Source: the human T2T-CHM13v2.0 reference genome, Homo sapiens
Length of the DNA stretch: 64,000 nucleotides
NCBI RefSeq assembly: GCF_009914755.1
Contig: NC_060929.1
Reading direction: 5' to 3' (one strand)
The notes under the pieces: model-generated
What the model was told of the DNA's origin: nothing
The model's input: only the letters and a program-made list of their open reading frames with translations
The model's database searches: none
Position numbers and translations under genes: made by a program
In this document: positions 27,345-40,578 of the stretch, one piece after another
Position numbering within the stretch: the stretch's first letter is position 1
Layout of the letters: the number at the start of each line of letters is the position of its first letter

Positions 27345-28142
27345 AGTTTGCCTTTTTTAATTGACAGCAAAAATTGTATATATTTATGGTATAAAACATC
27401 ACTTTTGATATATATACACATTGCAGGATGGCTAAATCAAGCTTATTAACATATCTTTCCTCATATACTTATCATTTTTTGTGGTGAGAACATTTACAAT
27501 CTACTTTTAGCAATTTTCAAATTACAATAATTTAAATCTATATTTTAACTTAACTAAAAGAATATAATTGGATTGTTTGTAACATAAAGGATAAACGCTT
27601 GATGTGATGGATACTCCATTTACCCATCCATTTACCATGATGTGATTATTACACATTACACATCTGTATCAAAATACCTCATGTAACCAATAAACATGTA
27701 TACCTACTATGTACCCACAAAATTTTTTTTAATTTAAAAATACAATATGTTGCTATTAAGTACACTCACTATGATTGGTAATAGATTTCTTGAACTTATT
27801 CCTTTTATCTAACTGAAATTTTGTAATCTTTGACCAATAGCTCCCCAACTCCATTCCCTGATAATCACCAGTTTACTCTCTGTTTATATGATTTTGGCTT
27901 ATTTTAGATTCCACATAATTAAGATCATGTGGTATTTGTCTTCCTGTGTCTAGTTTATTTCACTGGCAAAAGGTCTTCCAAATTCATCCATGTTGTCACA
28001 AATTACAAAATTTTCTTTTTTAAGACTGATAGTATTTTATTGTGTGTATGTAACACATTTTCTTTTTCTATTCATCCATTGATGTGCACTTAGATTGTTT
28101 CCAAATCTTGCCTATTATAAATAATGCTGCAGTGAACATGGG
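27345..28142 (-). mobile_element. L1MA 3' end, host of the provirus (continues at 33141-33185), with a nested plus-strand L1MA 3' end at ~27530-27740
   Basis: TTTTTGTGGTGAGAACATTTACAATCTAC...AATGCTGCAGTGAACATGGG|AGTG; nested piece flanked by AA(T/A)TACAATA. Confidence 0.85.
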
Positions 28143-28470
28143 TGCCAGGTTGCAACCCAAGCTGGGGTCCGAAGGAAGCTGCTGGATGGGTGTCGGGTAG
28201 CTGAAAGAACAGTCAAGGGACTGTAGGCAGTTGGGACATGGATTTATTCTTTCTTCCCCTACAAAGTCAGCAGTACAGTTATAGTTTTCGCAGACAACGG
28301 TGGCTCAAAGCCAGGTATGAACTTACACAAACAAGTTACGTCAAATGGCTACATAAATGTGATTACATAGTATGTGGGATTGTGCACCTGTGCTCCAAAC
28401 CCACTGTCTCATACTGTACCTATGGCTGCCTCAGCCTACTTCTGACTAAAGCACAGCCATTTTCCTTACA
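28143..28470 (-). mobile_element. 3' LTR (LTR18-like)
   Basis: Homologous to 32496-33140 minus the Alu; preceded on minus by polypurine tract AGGGTGTGGAG (28471-28481). Confidence 0.92.
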
Positions 28471-28479
28471 CTCCACACC

Positions 28480-28797
28480 CTAGGTCAAGGGAGCTCTCTT
28501 AGTGGGGAGACATGCCCACAGGGCAGAACTCTGGAGCCAAAGGCCACAGCAGCAATACTGGGAGCAACAACTCACTATTAATATTGCCACTATGCTGCCC
28601 ATAATTATTAGGGTCCAGCACAGGCCAGAGCCCAGAGACGCCCATCATGTCTGTAGGGGGTTGTCAGTAAGGTTTTCAACTGCCTTGATTTCCTGGGAAA
28701 CTCCTTGCAAAGCTGTTACTATGTTTAGTTGATTGTCAGGGATGAAGATACAACATTGCATTCCCAAAAGAGCACAGCTGCCACCTTGGGCAGCAGT
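28480..28797 (-). pseudogene. env: env TM-subunit remnant
   Basis: TAAQGGSCALLGMQCCIFIPDN (CX6CC), one in-frame TGA, hydrophobic WTLIIMGSIVAILIVS, Cys-rich tail, TAG stop next to the PPT. Confidence 0.88.
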
Positions 28798-30660
28798 CTC
28801 TGACAGGGGTACTCCTGTGCGCATGCTGGGCACCTCTGGCAGGACCCCCAGATATCTGGCGTTGGCACAGACAGACCCCAATGCTTATTGACCTAATGCA
28901 TTAGTTTACCCCCTGCATAGCCCAATTTTAGATGCAGCCATAGGGCTATATCTTGTGTAGCTGCTGACTTCAACCACTGAACCTTGGCCAAGGCATTTGT
29001 CTCGTTATTTCCAGGGGCAGCCAAAGGCATAAGGCCTGACATATGATAAATAGTTACATTCTTTTGGTGTCCCATTTCCCATAGGTCTTGCCACATGGCT
29101 TAGCTCCAAATGGGTTGGTGGCCAACTAATCAGTTCTGTAACTTCCAGGTAGTTAACCACAAGGTAGACCTTCATAAACTGCCCAGCTATAGGTGCAGAT
29201 CACCATAGGTGTTTCCTCCTTGGTGATCACTATCCACACTGCCCTGAGTTCAGCTCATTGACTATTTTGACCATATCGTGGTCCAGGCAGCAGTAGCACC
29301 CCAGCTGGACCCATCTGTATATCATGACCCATTGGGAACTGGGGGGCCCCCTTCTTTAAATGATAATGACTCAGGGTTTAAGGGGGCCTCAGGCAGACCC
29401 ATGCCTTATCTTGCATTAGGACTACAGGTCCTAAGACTTCTTGTAATTCTGCTGCTAAGGGGCTTGTACTCAGGGTACAATGCTCTTATAAGTAGGTGCC
29501 CCATTTTGCTAAGGTGGATGTCTTTGCCGTCCCAGTCTGTGGAGTTGTTATCTATGAAGGTATCCACCCCATTATTGGGTAAGTTGTCCACATGACAAAT
29601 ATAGCCCATCCCATCAGGCTCTCACAAGCCTGGAGTGTGGCATATGTAGCTGCTAATTGCTTTTCTATTAATGAATACCAGATCACAGCTCCCTTCCAAA
29701 GTTGGGACCAAAAGCTCAACTTTGTTCTAAAGTGCTTCATGCACCGCCATAGGCCCAGCCAAAACCATCTGTGGTCACATGCACATCAAGTTCAAATGGG
29801 CACCCCAGGTCAATTACTCGTAGGGCTTGTGCTTGCTGTATGGCTTTCTTGGCTGCTAGAAAAGCCATCTCAGCCTCATCGTTCTAATCCCAGGTAGTTC
29901 CTTTTTTTGTCAACTGATAAAATGGTTATATCACCTAAGCCAAATGGGACGTGAATCAAATGCCTGCCAATATCCTAAGAGGCCCATAAAAGTCTGTAGC
30001 TGCCTCATCGTTGTGGGCTGGAGATATGCCTGAATTTTATCAATGATGGCCTCTGGTATGGCCTTTGTCTTACTTGACCAGATAACTCCCAAGAACTTGG
30101 CAGACAACCCAGGCACTTGGAACTTGGATTCACTGACAGCCCAACCACATGCTGCCAAATGCTGTCGCAAGAGAGGTGCCACCACTTCTAAATCTGCAAG
30201 AGAATCTGAGATTCTCATCAATATAATGAAATAGGTGGACCCCCTTTGGATATTTCCAGGTGGCTGCAAGACCATGACATATGGTGGGGCTATGCACATA
30301 GTCCTGCAGCAACACTGTGAAAGTCCACTGTTGCCCTTCCCATATGAAGGCAAACTGTTCCTGGCTCTCTGGAGCATGTCAATTGAGAAGAATGCATTGG
30401 CCGAGGCCACCACATAGTGGTACTGTCCCAATTTCATCATTCAGCGGTCCAGCAAATTCACTGATAGATGGCACTGCTGCATGTAAAGGGGTGATACTTT
30501 ATTTAGTTCTCGATAATCCACCGTCATCCGCCAAGTTCCGTCAGGCTTTCTGACTGACCATACAAGAGAATTGTAGGGGCTGTGGGTGTCACACACTATC
30601 TGCACCTCCTCTAACTTCTTAGTAGTCTCAGTTATCTCCATATGCCCACCTGGCAAGCAG
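28798..30660 (-). pseudogene. pol: pol remnant: RT, RNase H, integrase N-terminal zinc finger only
   Basis: SPYNSLVWSVRKPDGTWRMTVDYRELNK; QDYVHSPTICH; HYIDE (~30214-30228, degenerate YIDD); GNNETNALAK; WLHLKLG...CQRCPAC; many frameshifts and stops. Confidence 0.92.
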
Positions 30661-30699
30661 TATTGGCAGGTGGAAGTAACCCGTCAGGGTTGTGGCAGG

Positions 30700-31075
30700 A
30701 TTTGGGGACAGTAATGCATGTGTTCATGGAGTACCCCTTAACCACATGTACTCAGAGTCTAAATTCTCTGGTCGTGGTTTGTAAAGCCAAGCCACGTAAA
30801 ATATCTACCCCTGGAATGTATTTAGGTATGGGCAAGACATACACAGTGTATAAGAAGGGAGCCAAGCAGCCAATGCCAAGGTGGTTTTACTTTGACTGAC
30901 TGTCCTCGATAGCCGTCTATATATTCAGTCTTTCCTGAAACTTATCTAGGTTTCCATAGACGATGCTACAATCTGTGCCAGTGTCAACCAGCACCAGCAC
31001 TTTCTGTACATTGGTGTAGGACCAGTGGGTTGTCAATTCCACATGTGGCCTCTGGTTGTCTGGTGTCTCTCCCAA
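30700..31075 (-). pseudogene. pro: Retroviral aspartic protease remnant
   Basis: QRPHVEL...VLVDTGTDCSIVYG with DTG at 30977-30985. Confidence 0.88.
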
Positions 31076-31099
31076 GCTGGGCACCTTGGCCAGTTTCCT

Positions 31100-32470
31100 A
31101 ATTAAACACAAAAGACTCTATACCTCCACCCATCTGCAAGTAGTCCTTGAGCTGGAGTGTCCAGGTGGGACTGGGTTGAGCAGCATCATCCTGCCCACTT
31201 TGGGACATTTTCTGGAATTGCTGCTCTTGGGACGATTGCCTCCATAAAGTTAACAGCACTTCATTGGGTTGCCTATTAATTTTTTCCTGGTCAATCCCAG
31301 CCAAAATCAAATCAATCTACATCTATGTGCGTGTCACCTGCTCGGGTCTCCTTTTGTCTTCCTCTTTTTTATGGTGCAGACTCTCCAGTCCCATCTACGG
31401 CCCTCTGCTTTCATGAGGGCTACCATGTCAGTAGTCACCTCATGTATGTGGCACCTCACACACAGAATGAAGACAGCAGCCAGGGAGCTGAAGGAACTTG
31501 GGATCACAGAGCCCAACACAAGGTCCCTCATGTAGGAGGTAAAGCATTCATCATCTGGCCCTTGGGTATTCAGATTGAACATAGCCTGCCACATACCCGT
31601 CACCCAAATTACTCGCACCAGATTTATGTACAACTGCCACTTACTTACAGTTTCAGATATTTCTCCAGGATCGTTCCATACTGTTCATATGGCTGCTATC
31701 AGCCATTTAATCAGGGTGTGGTCAACTTGCCCGTGTGCTAACCACCCGCTCACCTGCAATCACTGATAGAGGGAGGAATGGGTCATAATGGAGGCCAACT
31801 TTTCTATTTCAGAGGCAGAGCAGACAATATTGTCAGCTCCCTCATCCCAAAGGTGAAGCATCCAGGTGGGTAGGGGTTCCCGCAAGCACTGCCAACACTG
31901 TTTACCTAATTCCCACAACTCAGTTGGGATATGGGCAGTGTATTACATGTGTTCTATCATGGTAGGGGATCCCTGAACCCATCCCTGGGGACCCAATGGG
32001 TGTTCATGCTCTATTTTCTAATGGACCACTGGGCAAGCCTGCAACAGAGGTTCTTCCTCCTGGGTATCAGACCAAGCAGGAGTCTCTGACTGGGATGGTG
32101 GGCTCAGACCCACACTAACTGTTGCCCCTAATTCTCATTCCAAGCTTTGTTTCGGGGCCTCCAGGCATTCTACTTGCACCTGGAGGTGTTTTACCTGCCC
32201 TGCATCCCACAGGGACTGAGTGTACACTGCGCTTCCTGTAGCACAATCAAAAACGTCCATCCAACTCTGCTGGCAAAGGTGTGCTCCTTCTTTATTTGCT
32301 GTGCATCCAGGTGCTTCAGTGCCTTCTCCATGTTCATGGGGGACCCGTCCACTGCCACCCATAATTACATCAGGACACATCCTAGCAACATGGCAGCCAC
32401 TAGATACCATAATCCATGCTGGGGCCACATGGCCTACCCAGGATCACTGGGGGCCAAGGGCTCACACACC
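31100..32470 (-). pseudogene. gag: gag remnant (ERVL-type)
   Basis: Lies between PBS and protease; peptides GPDDECFTSYMRDLVLG and LAGIDQEKINRQPNEVLLTLW. Confidence 0.75.
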
Positions 32471-32475
32471 TTGGG

Positions 32476-32493
32476 ATCCTGCCGACTATGCCA
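32476..32493 (-). other. Primer-binding site complementary to tRNA-Ser 3' end
   Basis: Minus TGGCATAGTCGGCAGGAT, 17/18 match to the complement of tRNA-Ser ...ATCCTGCCGACTACGCCA, 2 nt from the 5' LTR. Confidence 0.92.
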
Positions 32494-32495
32494 AT

Positions 32496-33140
32496 TGTCA
32501 GGTTCCAACCCAAGCTGGGGTCCGAGAGAAGCTGGTGGACAGGTGGCAGGTAGCTGAAAGAATACTCAAAAGAGGCCAGGCGTGATGGCTTATATCTGTA
32601 ATCCCAGCACTTTGGGAGGCTGAGGCGGGCAGATCACGAGGTCAGGAGATCAAGACCATCCTGGCTAACACAGTGAAACCCCGTCTCTACTAAAAATACA
32701 AAAAATTAGCCGGGCATGGGGGCTGGCGCCTGTAGTCCCAGCTACTCGAGAGGCTAAGGCAGGAGAATGGCATGACCCCAGGAGGCAAGCTTGCAGTGAG
32801 CGGAGATCACGCCACTGCACTCCAGCCTGGGCGACAGAGCGAGACTCGGTCTCAAAAAAAAAAAAAAAAAAAAAAAAAAAGCATACTCAAGAGACTGTAG
32901 GCAGTTTGGACATGGCTTTATTCTCTCCCCTCCTACAGAGTCAGCAGTGCAGTTATATTTTTCACAGACAACAGTGGCTCAAAGCCAGGTATGAGCTCAC
33001 ACAAACAGGTTATATGAAATGGCTACATAAATGTGATTACATAGTGCGTGGGATTGTGTGCCTGTGCTCCAAATCTGCTGTGTCATACTGTACCACTGCC
33101 TTAGCCCACTTCTGACTGAAGCACTGCCATTTTCCTTACA
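32496..33140 (-). mobile_element. 5' LTR (LTR18-like) interrupted by AluY
   Basis: Same sequence as the 3' LTR with an Alu inserted at 32574. Confidence 0.92.
32574..32880 (+). mobile_element. AluY inserted in the 5' LTR
   Basis: GACCATCCTGGCTAACAC, GAGAATGGC, GCTTGCAG diagnostics; TSD AAAG(A/C)ATACTCAA(A/G)AGA. Confidence 0.93.
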
Positions 33141-34209
33141 ATGGGAGTGAACACATCTCTCAACATACTTATTTTAATTCTCTTAAAAGTAGGTATGTGT
33201 TTTCCATGGAATAATATATTTATTATGAATTTATCAAACTGCTGGTTTACGAATTGAAAATTTTTATTAACTATGAAATGAAATTCTCAAGAACAGTGGA
33301 AAAATAATTTCCACAATGGGAAAAATATATAGGAACCTTACTGAATAAAAGATATCTTTAATCAATTTAAGACATTGTAAATAATTACATATTTGCCTAA
33401 GGATAAATTGAAAATAAATTTTCTATGAATGAACAGCAATCATTTAAATAATACAAATATCTGCTAAATATACATTATATATTGTTATATGTATATCTAT
33501 ATTACTCATCTTTGAAATATTTATTGCAATCTGTCCCATTACTTTATGCTATAAGAAGTCATATTTTTCTATCTTTTAATAAGCAGATTGACAAGTCAGC
33601 TTATTTAAGGTAAATAAACATAAAATTCTGAACTCAGTTCTGAATCTGAAGTAAATACTTTTGAGCAACAATTCTTAACAAAATATTTGGTTAAAGCTGT
33701 AAAATATGTCTTGATTCTAGATGAGTCCTTCAACAATTAGTAATGACATTATTTCCATTATTGTTTGTTTTTGATAATATATTTAAAATGTAACTTAATA
33801 TTTGTGTTATTTTTAGTAAAATTAGATACCAATACAAAAATGCAAAAGGAGTATTTATGTGCTGGGATAAGAGGGAAAGAGGCATTATATTTCAAGATTT
33901 GCACAAAAATATAGTTTTTAAATGGTACACTGATAATTTTGATAAAGAAGACTAAATTAAATACATCAATTCCAAGAAGCATTAAGCTTTCAAGATAGAA
34001 AGAGAAATAGAGAAAGACAGAAATAGTTTTTTAAACATACATATTGCAATTAACGACAAATATGTTGTAATATTGTATATATAATATATAAAATATATAA
34101 TATAGTATATTGTTATAAAATGATTTGTATATTGTTATAAAATGATTTGTATATTTCTAGAAGTATATATTCAGTGAATACAGAGAATAATTACAGCTTC
34201 TCAGTATGT

Positions 34210-34402
34210 TTTTTTGCAAGAATATAGTATATATATAACACACAAAATATGTATTAATTTGCTATTTATGCTACTGGTAAGGCTTCAGGTCAATGATAGG
34301 CTATTAGTAGTTAAGTCTTTAGGGACTCAAAAGTTACATGCAGATAGTCAGCTGTGCAGAGGATTTGCACCTCAAACTTTGCATTTTTCAAGGGTAAACT
34401 GT
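34210..34402 (+). mobile_element. Tigger2/MER8-like fragment
   Basis: GGTAAGGCTTCAGGTCAA...GGCTATTAGTAGTTAAG...TTCAAGGGTAAACTG (TIR end). Confidence 0.75.
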
Positions 34403-34482
34403 ACTTATACATCAAATATATGAGCTGAGGAGTTAGTTTTTAGGCAAAAAATTTACATAAAAATTTTATTCTCTCATTACCT

Positions 34483-34630
34483 GCAGCATGGTATAGTGAA
34501 AAGAGCACTAGGCTTACAGATAGATCACCAATATTTATGTAATGGGTAAGTCATTTGTCTTCACAAGACCTGAATTTGCTTATTTGAAATGTGAAGATGT
34601 TATAGTAGATCAATTATATTGCCTATTCTA
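34483..34630. mobile_element. MIR fragment
   Basis: GCAGCATGGTATAGTGAAAAGAGCACTAGGCT...GGGTAAGTCATTT. Confidence 0.65.
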
Positions 34631-36519
34631 GGTTTCTATTTAAATACACTATGATGGTATTATGTTTCATCTCTTATTGTTATTTTTTACATATGTAATC
34701 TTATATTTTTTTGTATACTTCTCTCTTCCTTCAAAATTACCCAGCACCAATCTTTGTGCTGTTCTTAGTTTATACCAAAACATTTAAATCACTACTTTTC
34801 ATTGCTAATACAATATTGATATAAATAGACTAAAATAATATTAATGATAAATTGATGTTCTTTATATCTGAAATATATTTATTAAAATATAGAAAAAATA
34901 TAATTTGAGACCTTTAATGGGCTCTGTGAACATAAATCCATTCATAATATTTAAAATTATATTTTATATAAAAGTAGCCTGCTAGGATATCTTTACAAGA
35001 GGGTTAGAAAAACATTTAACCCGTCAGTTAGATGAAAACAGAACCTATTATTTTCTTATGTGACATATAATCAAACTATATCTTGAAAATTGAAAAGCAG
35101 CTCTCTTTAACAATAATCATATAGCTTTCCTCTAAGCTTAAATCAATATTTTCTTAGCACAAACCAGAAAATAATAAAATAGTAAGTCTAATTAATAAAG
35201 ACAGTCAACAGTTCCTAAAAATTTTTTAAAAATTGATAAAACTCATATTTGGATGAACACAGACTTCTTTGCCAAGGCAAAAGAACATTGCCTGAAATCA
35301 ATATATGTGGAAATATTAAATATAAATCAGACAAAAGGAAGTGGTCATATGATACAGTCACCCTTTGACCAAATCCATTGTGTTCATACTACCTTAGCTT
35401 TTCTCTGTTAAAATTAATGTTATTAATATGACCTGAACTAAACAAAATATTTGTAAGAGTTTATACTCACTGCAGTCTCAGTACATATAAAGAAAAACAA
35501 ATACTATCTTAACTAAAATTTAATAAAAGTCATTAGCTTTTACCAATGTCAGCAAGAAGTAAAAAAGAAAAAAATCATGAGATAAAAGGACACTGAGAAA
35601 CAAAAATTTCATAAATATCTTGATCAGGTAGTGATTCCTTTCACTTACAGCCAATTCAATAATAGCAGTGTTGACATTCTTTTTATAAATTTAAGACAAA
35701 GATTATCCATTTGATTAGAATATGTATGCTAATCAAATGTATTCAAGAATATATTCTTGAAAATCAACTGAATGTAAATATGATTTTTGACTAATGACTA
35801 TGAGCAAATCACCCTATTAAGTGTTTGGGAGACAAAGATGAATGAATTTTAGTCTGCACTCAGGAAATCAGATGAATGATAAAAAAAAGTGTAACTTTTT
35901 TTATTATCTGTAGAACAGTCTTACAAAACAAATAAGTAATTGAAAGTTGACTTTAGCTAATTTTTCAGAAACAAATTTTAAAGGACACTTTCATGTTCTA
36001 TAAGTATTTACAAGTACCATATATACATCATATATATATTTAGGAATACATATAATATAGAAATATGTATATTTAGGACAATGTACACATATAAGAATAT
36101 ACATATTTAAAGTTAAAGTTCTTTAAACTTTTTAGGTATAAATCTAATGATGATTATACTCTTATACTGAAAGCTTTACATTTGTGAAAATATGTGAAAA
36201 GATAAAATCTGCATATTTAATGATAGGAAAGGGCACAGGTTAGAATTTAGTATTTGTGTTTTCAATTTGTTTAAGGTAGGCCTTTTGGTTTATTAAATTA
36301 TTGCTCTAAAGTATTGTTTTTAAATCTACAAGGATCATAGTTTTATCTTCATACTTTGCACTTTTAATATAGAGATATATGTATACAGAATTACATAATT
36401 AAGTGTAAAATATTCTTATCCATATTTCTCTATAAATTACAACTTAAGGAAGTCTTCTTTTTAGAATCATAAGGTTATGAGACAAGTCCTCTTGCCCAGT
36501 TGCTGGTAGTAAAAATTCA

Positions 36520-37068
36520 CTTTATTTATGTATTAACTTTTACTTTAGTTTCTGAGGTACATGTGCAGGTTGGTTCTATAAACAAATTGCATGTCACGGG
36601 GATTTGGTGTACGTATTATTTCATCACCCAGGTAATAAGCATCGTACCCAATAGGTAGTTTTTCAATCCTCATCCTCCTTCCACCCTCCACCCTCAAGTA
36701 GGCCCAAGTGTCTGTTGTTCTCTTTTTTATGTCCATGTGTACTCAGTGTTTGCCTCCCAGTTATAAGCGACAACATGCGGTATTTGGTTTTTCTGTTCCT
36801 ATGTTTGCTTACTTAGGATAATGTTCTCCAGGTTCATTCATATTGCTGCAAAGTACATAATATCATTTTTTATGGTTGTATAGTATTCCATGGTGATTAC
36901 GTACAATATTTTTATCACCCAGTCCACAGTTGATGGGTATTTAGGTTGATTTTATGTCTTTGCTATTATGATTAGTGTTGCAATAAACATATACAAAAAT
37001 CATCTCATGATGAATTAAAGACTTAAATGTAAAACCAAAACCTACAAAAAAACTCTTCAAGAAAACCT
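36520..37068 (-). mobile_element. Short L1PA15/16-like 3' end with a small plus-strand ORF2 piece (~36992-37068)
   Basis: GGTACATGTGCAGG...CCCTCAAGTAGGCCC 3'UTR; then AAAGACTTAAATGTAAAACC on plus. Confidence 0.85.
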
Positions 37069-37378
37069 ATAATTTTTAAAGGAAACTAGAGATTGTCTGA
37101 TGAGCATATCAAAGGGCAGAAGAAAATATTTTGTAAGTGTTACCTAACGGCCTACTGGAGGAAGTGAAACTCATCATGAATCTACTTCAAAACAAAAGAA
37201 ACAGGTGAATAACTAGGTGAACAGCCAGCTGCTTATGTATTAATACACTTCATGGGAAAAATATTTAACAAAATAGAGCCTTCTGATGTACCTTCAGAAC
37301 AAAAAATAATAATGATAAAATAGAGCCTCATGTACAAGTTTAAATATGTTTCTTTCTTACTCTTAAATATGATAATGC

Positions 37379-37706
<328 letters not shown>

Positions 37707-37800
37707 CTAACTTTCAACTGAAGCATCATGAAAGAAAGAGAGAAAATAATTTTAAGTCTGAGTGAGGAAGTTACTATCAAGTCAATTCAAATACATCATA

Positions 37801-40578
37801 CAGATTGAATATTCCTTATCCGAAATGCTTGAGACTGAAAGTGTTTGAGATTTTAATTTTTTCTTTGAATTTCGGAATATTTGCCTGTACATGATATATT
37901 TTGGGAATGAAACACAAACCTAAGCACAATATTCATTTGTGTTTCATATATACCTTATACACACAACCTGAATGTAATTTTATAGAAAAATTTAAATAAT
38001 TTTGTGAATAAAACAGTTTTTACTGTGTTTGAGTGTGACCCATCATATGATATCAGCTGTGAAATTTTCTACTTGTGGTGGTGTATCAGTCTGTACTCAC
38101 ATTGTGAATAAAGACATAACTAAGACTGGGTAATTTATAAAGAAAAGAGGTTTAATTGACTCACAGTTCCACGCAGCTGGAGAGGCCTCACAATCATGGT
38201 GGGAGAGCAAGGGATGTCTTACATGGTGGCAGGCAAGAGAGAGCTAGTGCAGGGGAACTCTCCTTTATAAAACCAGCACATCTCATGAGACTTATTCACT
38301 ATCACTAGAACAGCACAGGAAAGACCTGCCCCCATGATTCAATTACTTCCCCCCGGGTCCCTCCCACAACACATGGGAATTGTAGGAGCTACAATTCAAG
38401 ATGAAATTTGGATGGGGACACAACCAAACCATATAATTCTGCCCCTGGTCCCTCCCAAATCTCATGTCCTCACATATCAAAACCAGTCATGCCTTCCCAA
38501 CAGTCCCCCAAAGTCTTAACTCATTTCAGCATTAACTCAAAAGTCTACAGTCCAAAGTCTCATCTAAGAAAAGGCAAGCCCCTTTCTCCTATGAGCCTGT
38601 AAAATTAAAAGCAAGTAAGTTACTTCCTAGATACAATGGGGATACAGGCATTGGGTACATACACCCATTCCAAATGGGAGAAATTGGAAACAAAGGGGCA
38701 AAGCCAGTCCAAAATCCAGCAGGGCAGTCAAATTTTAAAGCTTCAAAATGATATCTGACTTCATGTCTCACATCCAGGTCATGCTAACGGAAGAGGTGGG
38801 CTCCCATAGCCTTGGACAGCTCCGCTGCTGTGGCTTTACAGGATACAGCCCCTCTCCCAGCTGCTTTCACAGACTGGCATTGAGTGTCTGCAGCTTTTCC
38901 TAGTGCACAGTGCAAAGTGCAAGCTGTTGGTGGATCTACCATTCTGGGATCTGACAGCACCTCCCATCACAGGCCCAGAGGCCTATAAGGAAAAAATGGT
39001 TTCTTGGGCCAGGCCCAGGGTCCTCCTGCTGTGTGTAGTCTCAGGACATGGTGTCCTACATCCCAGCTGCTCTAGCCATGCTAAAAGGGAGTAAGGTACA
39101 GCTCTTCTCACAGCTCCACTAGGCAGTGCACCAGTGCAGACTCTGTGTGGGGACTCCAACTGTACATTTCCCTTCTACACTGCCCTAGCAGAGGTTCTCC
39201 ATGAGGGCCCCACCCCAGGAGCAAACTTTTGCCTAGACATCTACATTTTTCCATACATCCTCTGAAATCTAGCTGGAGGTTTTGAAACCTCAATTGTTGA
39301 TGTTTGTGCACCTGCAGGCTCAACACCACGTGGAACCTGCCAGGCCTTGCAGCTTGCATCCTCTGAGGCCACAGCTGAGCTGTACCTTGGCCCCTTTTAG
39401 GATGGCTGGAGCAGTTGGGATGCAGGAGACCATGTCCTGAGGCTGCACACAGCAGGGGGTCCTGGGCCAGGCCTGGAAATCATTCTTTTCTCACAGGCTT
39501 CTGGGCCTGTGATAGGAGGTGCTGCCATGTCTCCAACATGCCCTTGGAGACATTTTTCCTTTCGTCTTGTTGCTTAACATTGGGCTCCCTGTTACTTATG
39601 AAAATTTCTGCTCCTGGCTTGAATTTCTCCCCAGAAAACGGGATTTTATTTTCTATCACTTTGTCAGGCTGCCAATTTTCCAAACTTATGTTCTGTTTCC
39701 TCTTGAATGCTTTACCATTTAGAAATTTCTTGTGTCAGATTCTCTAAATCATCTCTCTCAAGTTCAAAATTCCACAGATCTCTAGGGCAGGGACAAAATC
39801 CTGCCGGTATTTTTGCTAAAGCATAACAAGAGTCACGTTTGCTCCAGTTTCCATCAAGTTCCTCATCTCCATCTGAGACCACCTCAGCCTGGACCTTATT
39901 GTCCATATCACTAACAGCATTTTGGTCAAAGCCATTCAACAAGTCTTCAGGAATTCCCAAGTTTCCGACATCTTTCTGTATTCTGAGCCCTCCAAGTATC
40001 TGGGAAGTTCCAAACTTTCCCACACTTTCTTATCTTCCTCTGAGCCTTTCAAAAAGTTCCAACCTCTGTCTATTACTCAGTTCCAAATCACTTCCATATT
40101 TTTGGGTATCTTTACTGAAGCACCCCGCTACCTGGTACTAATTTACTATATTAGTCTGTTCTCATGCTGCTAATAAAGATATACCTGAGGCTAGGTAATT
40201 TGTAAAGGAAAGAGGTTTAATTGACTCAATTCCACATGGCTGAGAGGCATCACAATCATGGCAGAAGAGCAAGGGACATCTTACATGGCAGCAGGCAAGG
40301 AGAGCTTGTCAAGGGGAACTCGTCTTTATAAAACCATCAGATCTCATGAGACTTATTGGCTATCATGAGAACAGCATAGGAAAGACCCTCCTCCATAATT
40401 CAATTACCTCCCACTGTGTCCTTCCGACAACATGTAGAAATGGTGGGAGCTACAATTCAAAATGAGACTTGGGTGGGGATAAAATCAAACCATATATGGT
40501 GTCATACTGATGTTTAAAAAGTTTTGGATTTAGGATTATTTTGTATTTCAGATTTTCATATTAGTGATGCCCAACTTG
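37801..40578 (+). mobile_element. Tigger4/Zombi (MER46-type) element split by THE1 (parts 37801-38081 and 40498-40578)
   Basis: CAGATTGAATATTCCTTATCCGAAATGCTT...GATGCCCAACTTG TIRs flanked by TA. Confidence 0.8.
38082..40497 (-). mobile_element. Complete THE1 (B/C-like) MaLR element: LTRs 38082-38436 and 40147-40497 plus internal region
   Basis: Two similar LTRs; THE1-int peptide (FCPCPRDLWNFELERDDL); TSD GGTG(G/T). Confidence 0.93.

Larger units (their letters stand above)
28143..33140 (-). mobile_element. HERV-S / HERVL18-type (class III) provirus, internally deleted
   Basis: Two homologous LTRs (minus TGTAAGGAAAATGGC..., LTR18-like), TSD ATGGG at 28138-28142/33141-33145, tRNA-Ser PBS, PPT, gag/pro/pol/env remnants. 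Confidence 0.92.

Noticed and set aside
29931-30440. 169-aa ORF as a functional reverse transcriptase
   Set aside because: Frameshifted mosaic; the catalytic motif is YIDE and lies in another frame
32476-32493. tRNA-Ser-like sequence
   Set aside because: Only the 18-nt retroviral PBS, not a tRNA gene
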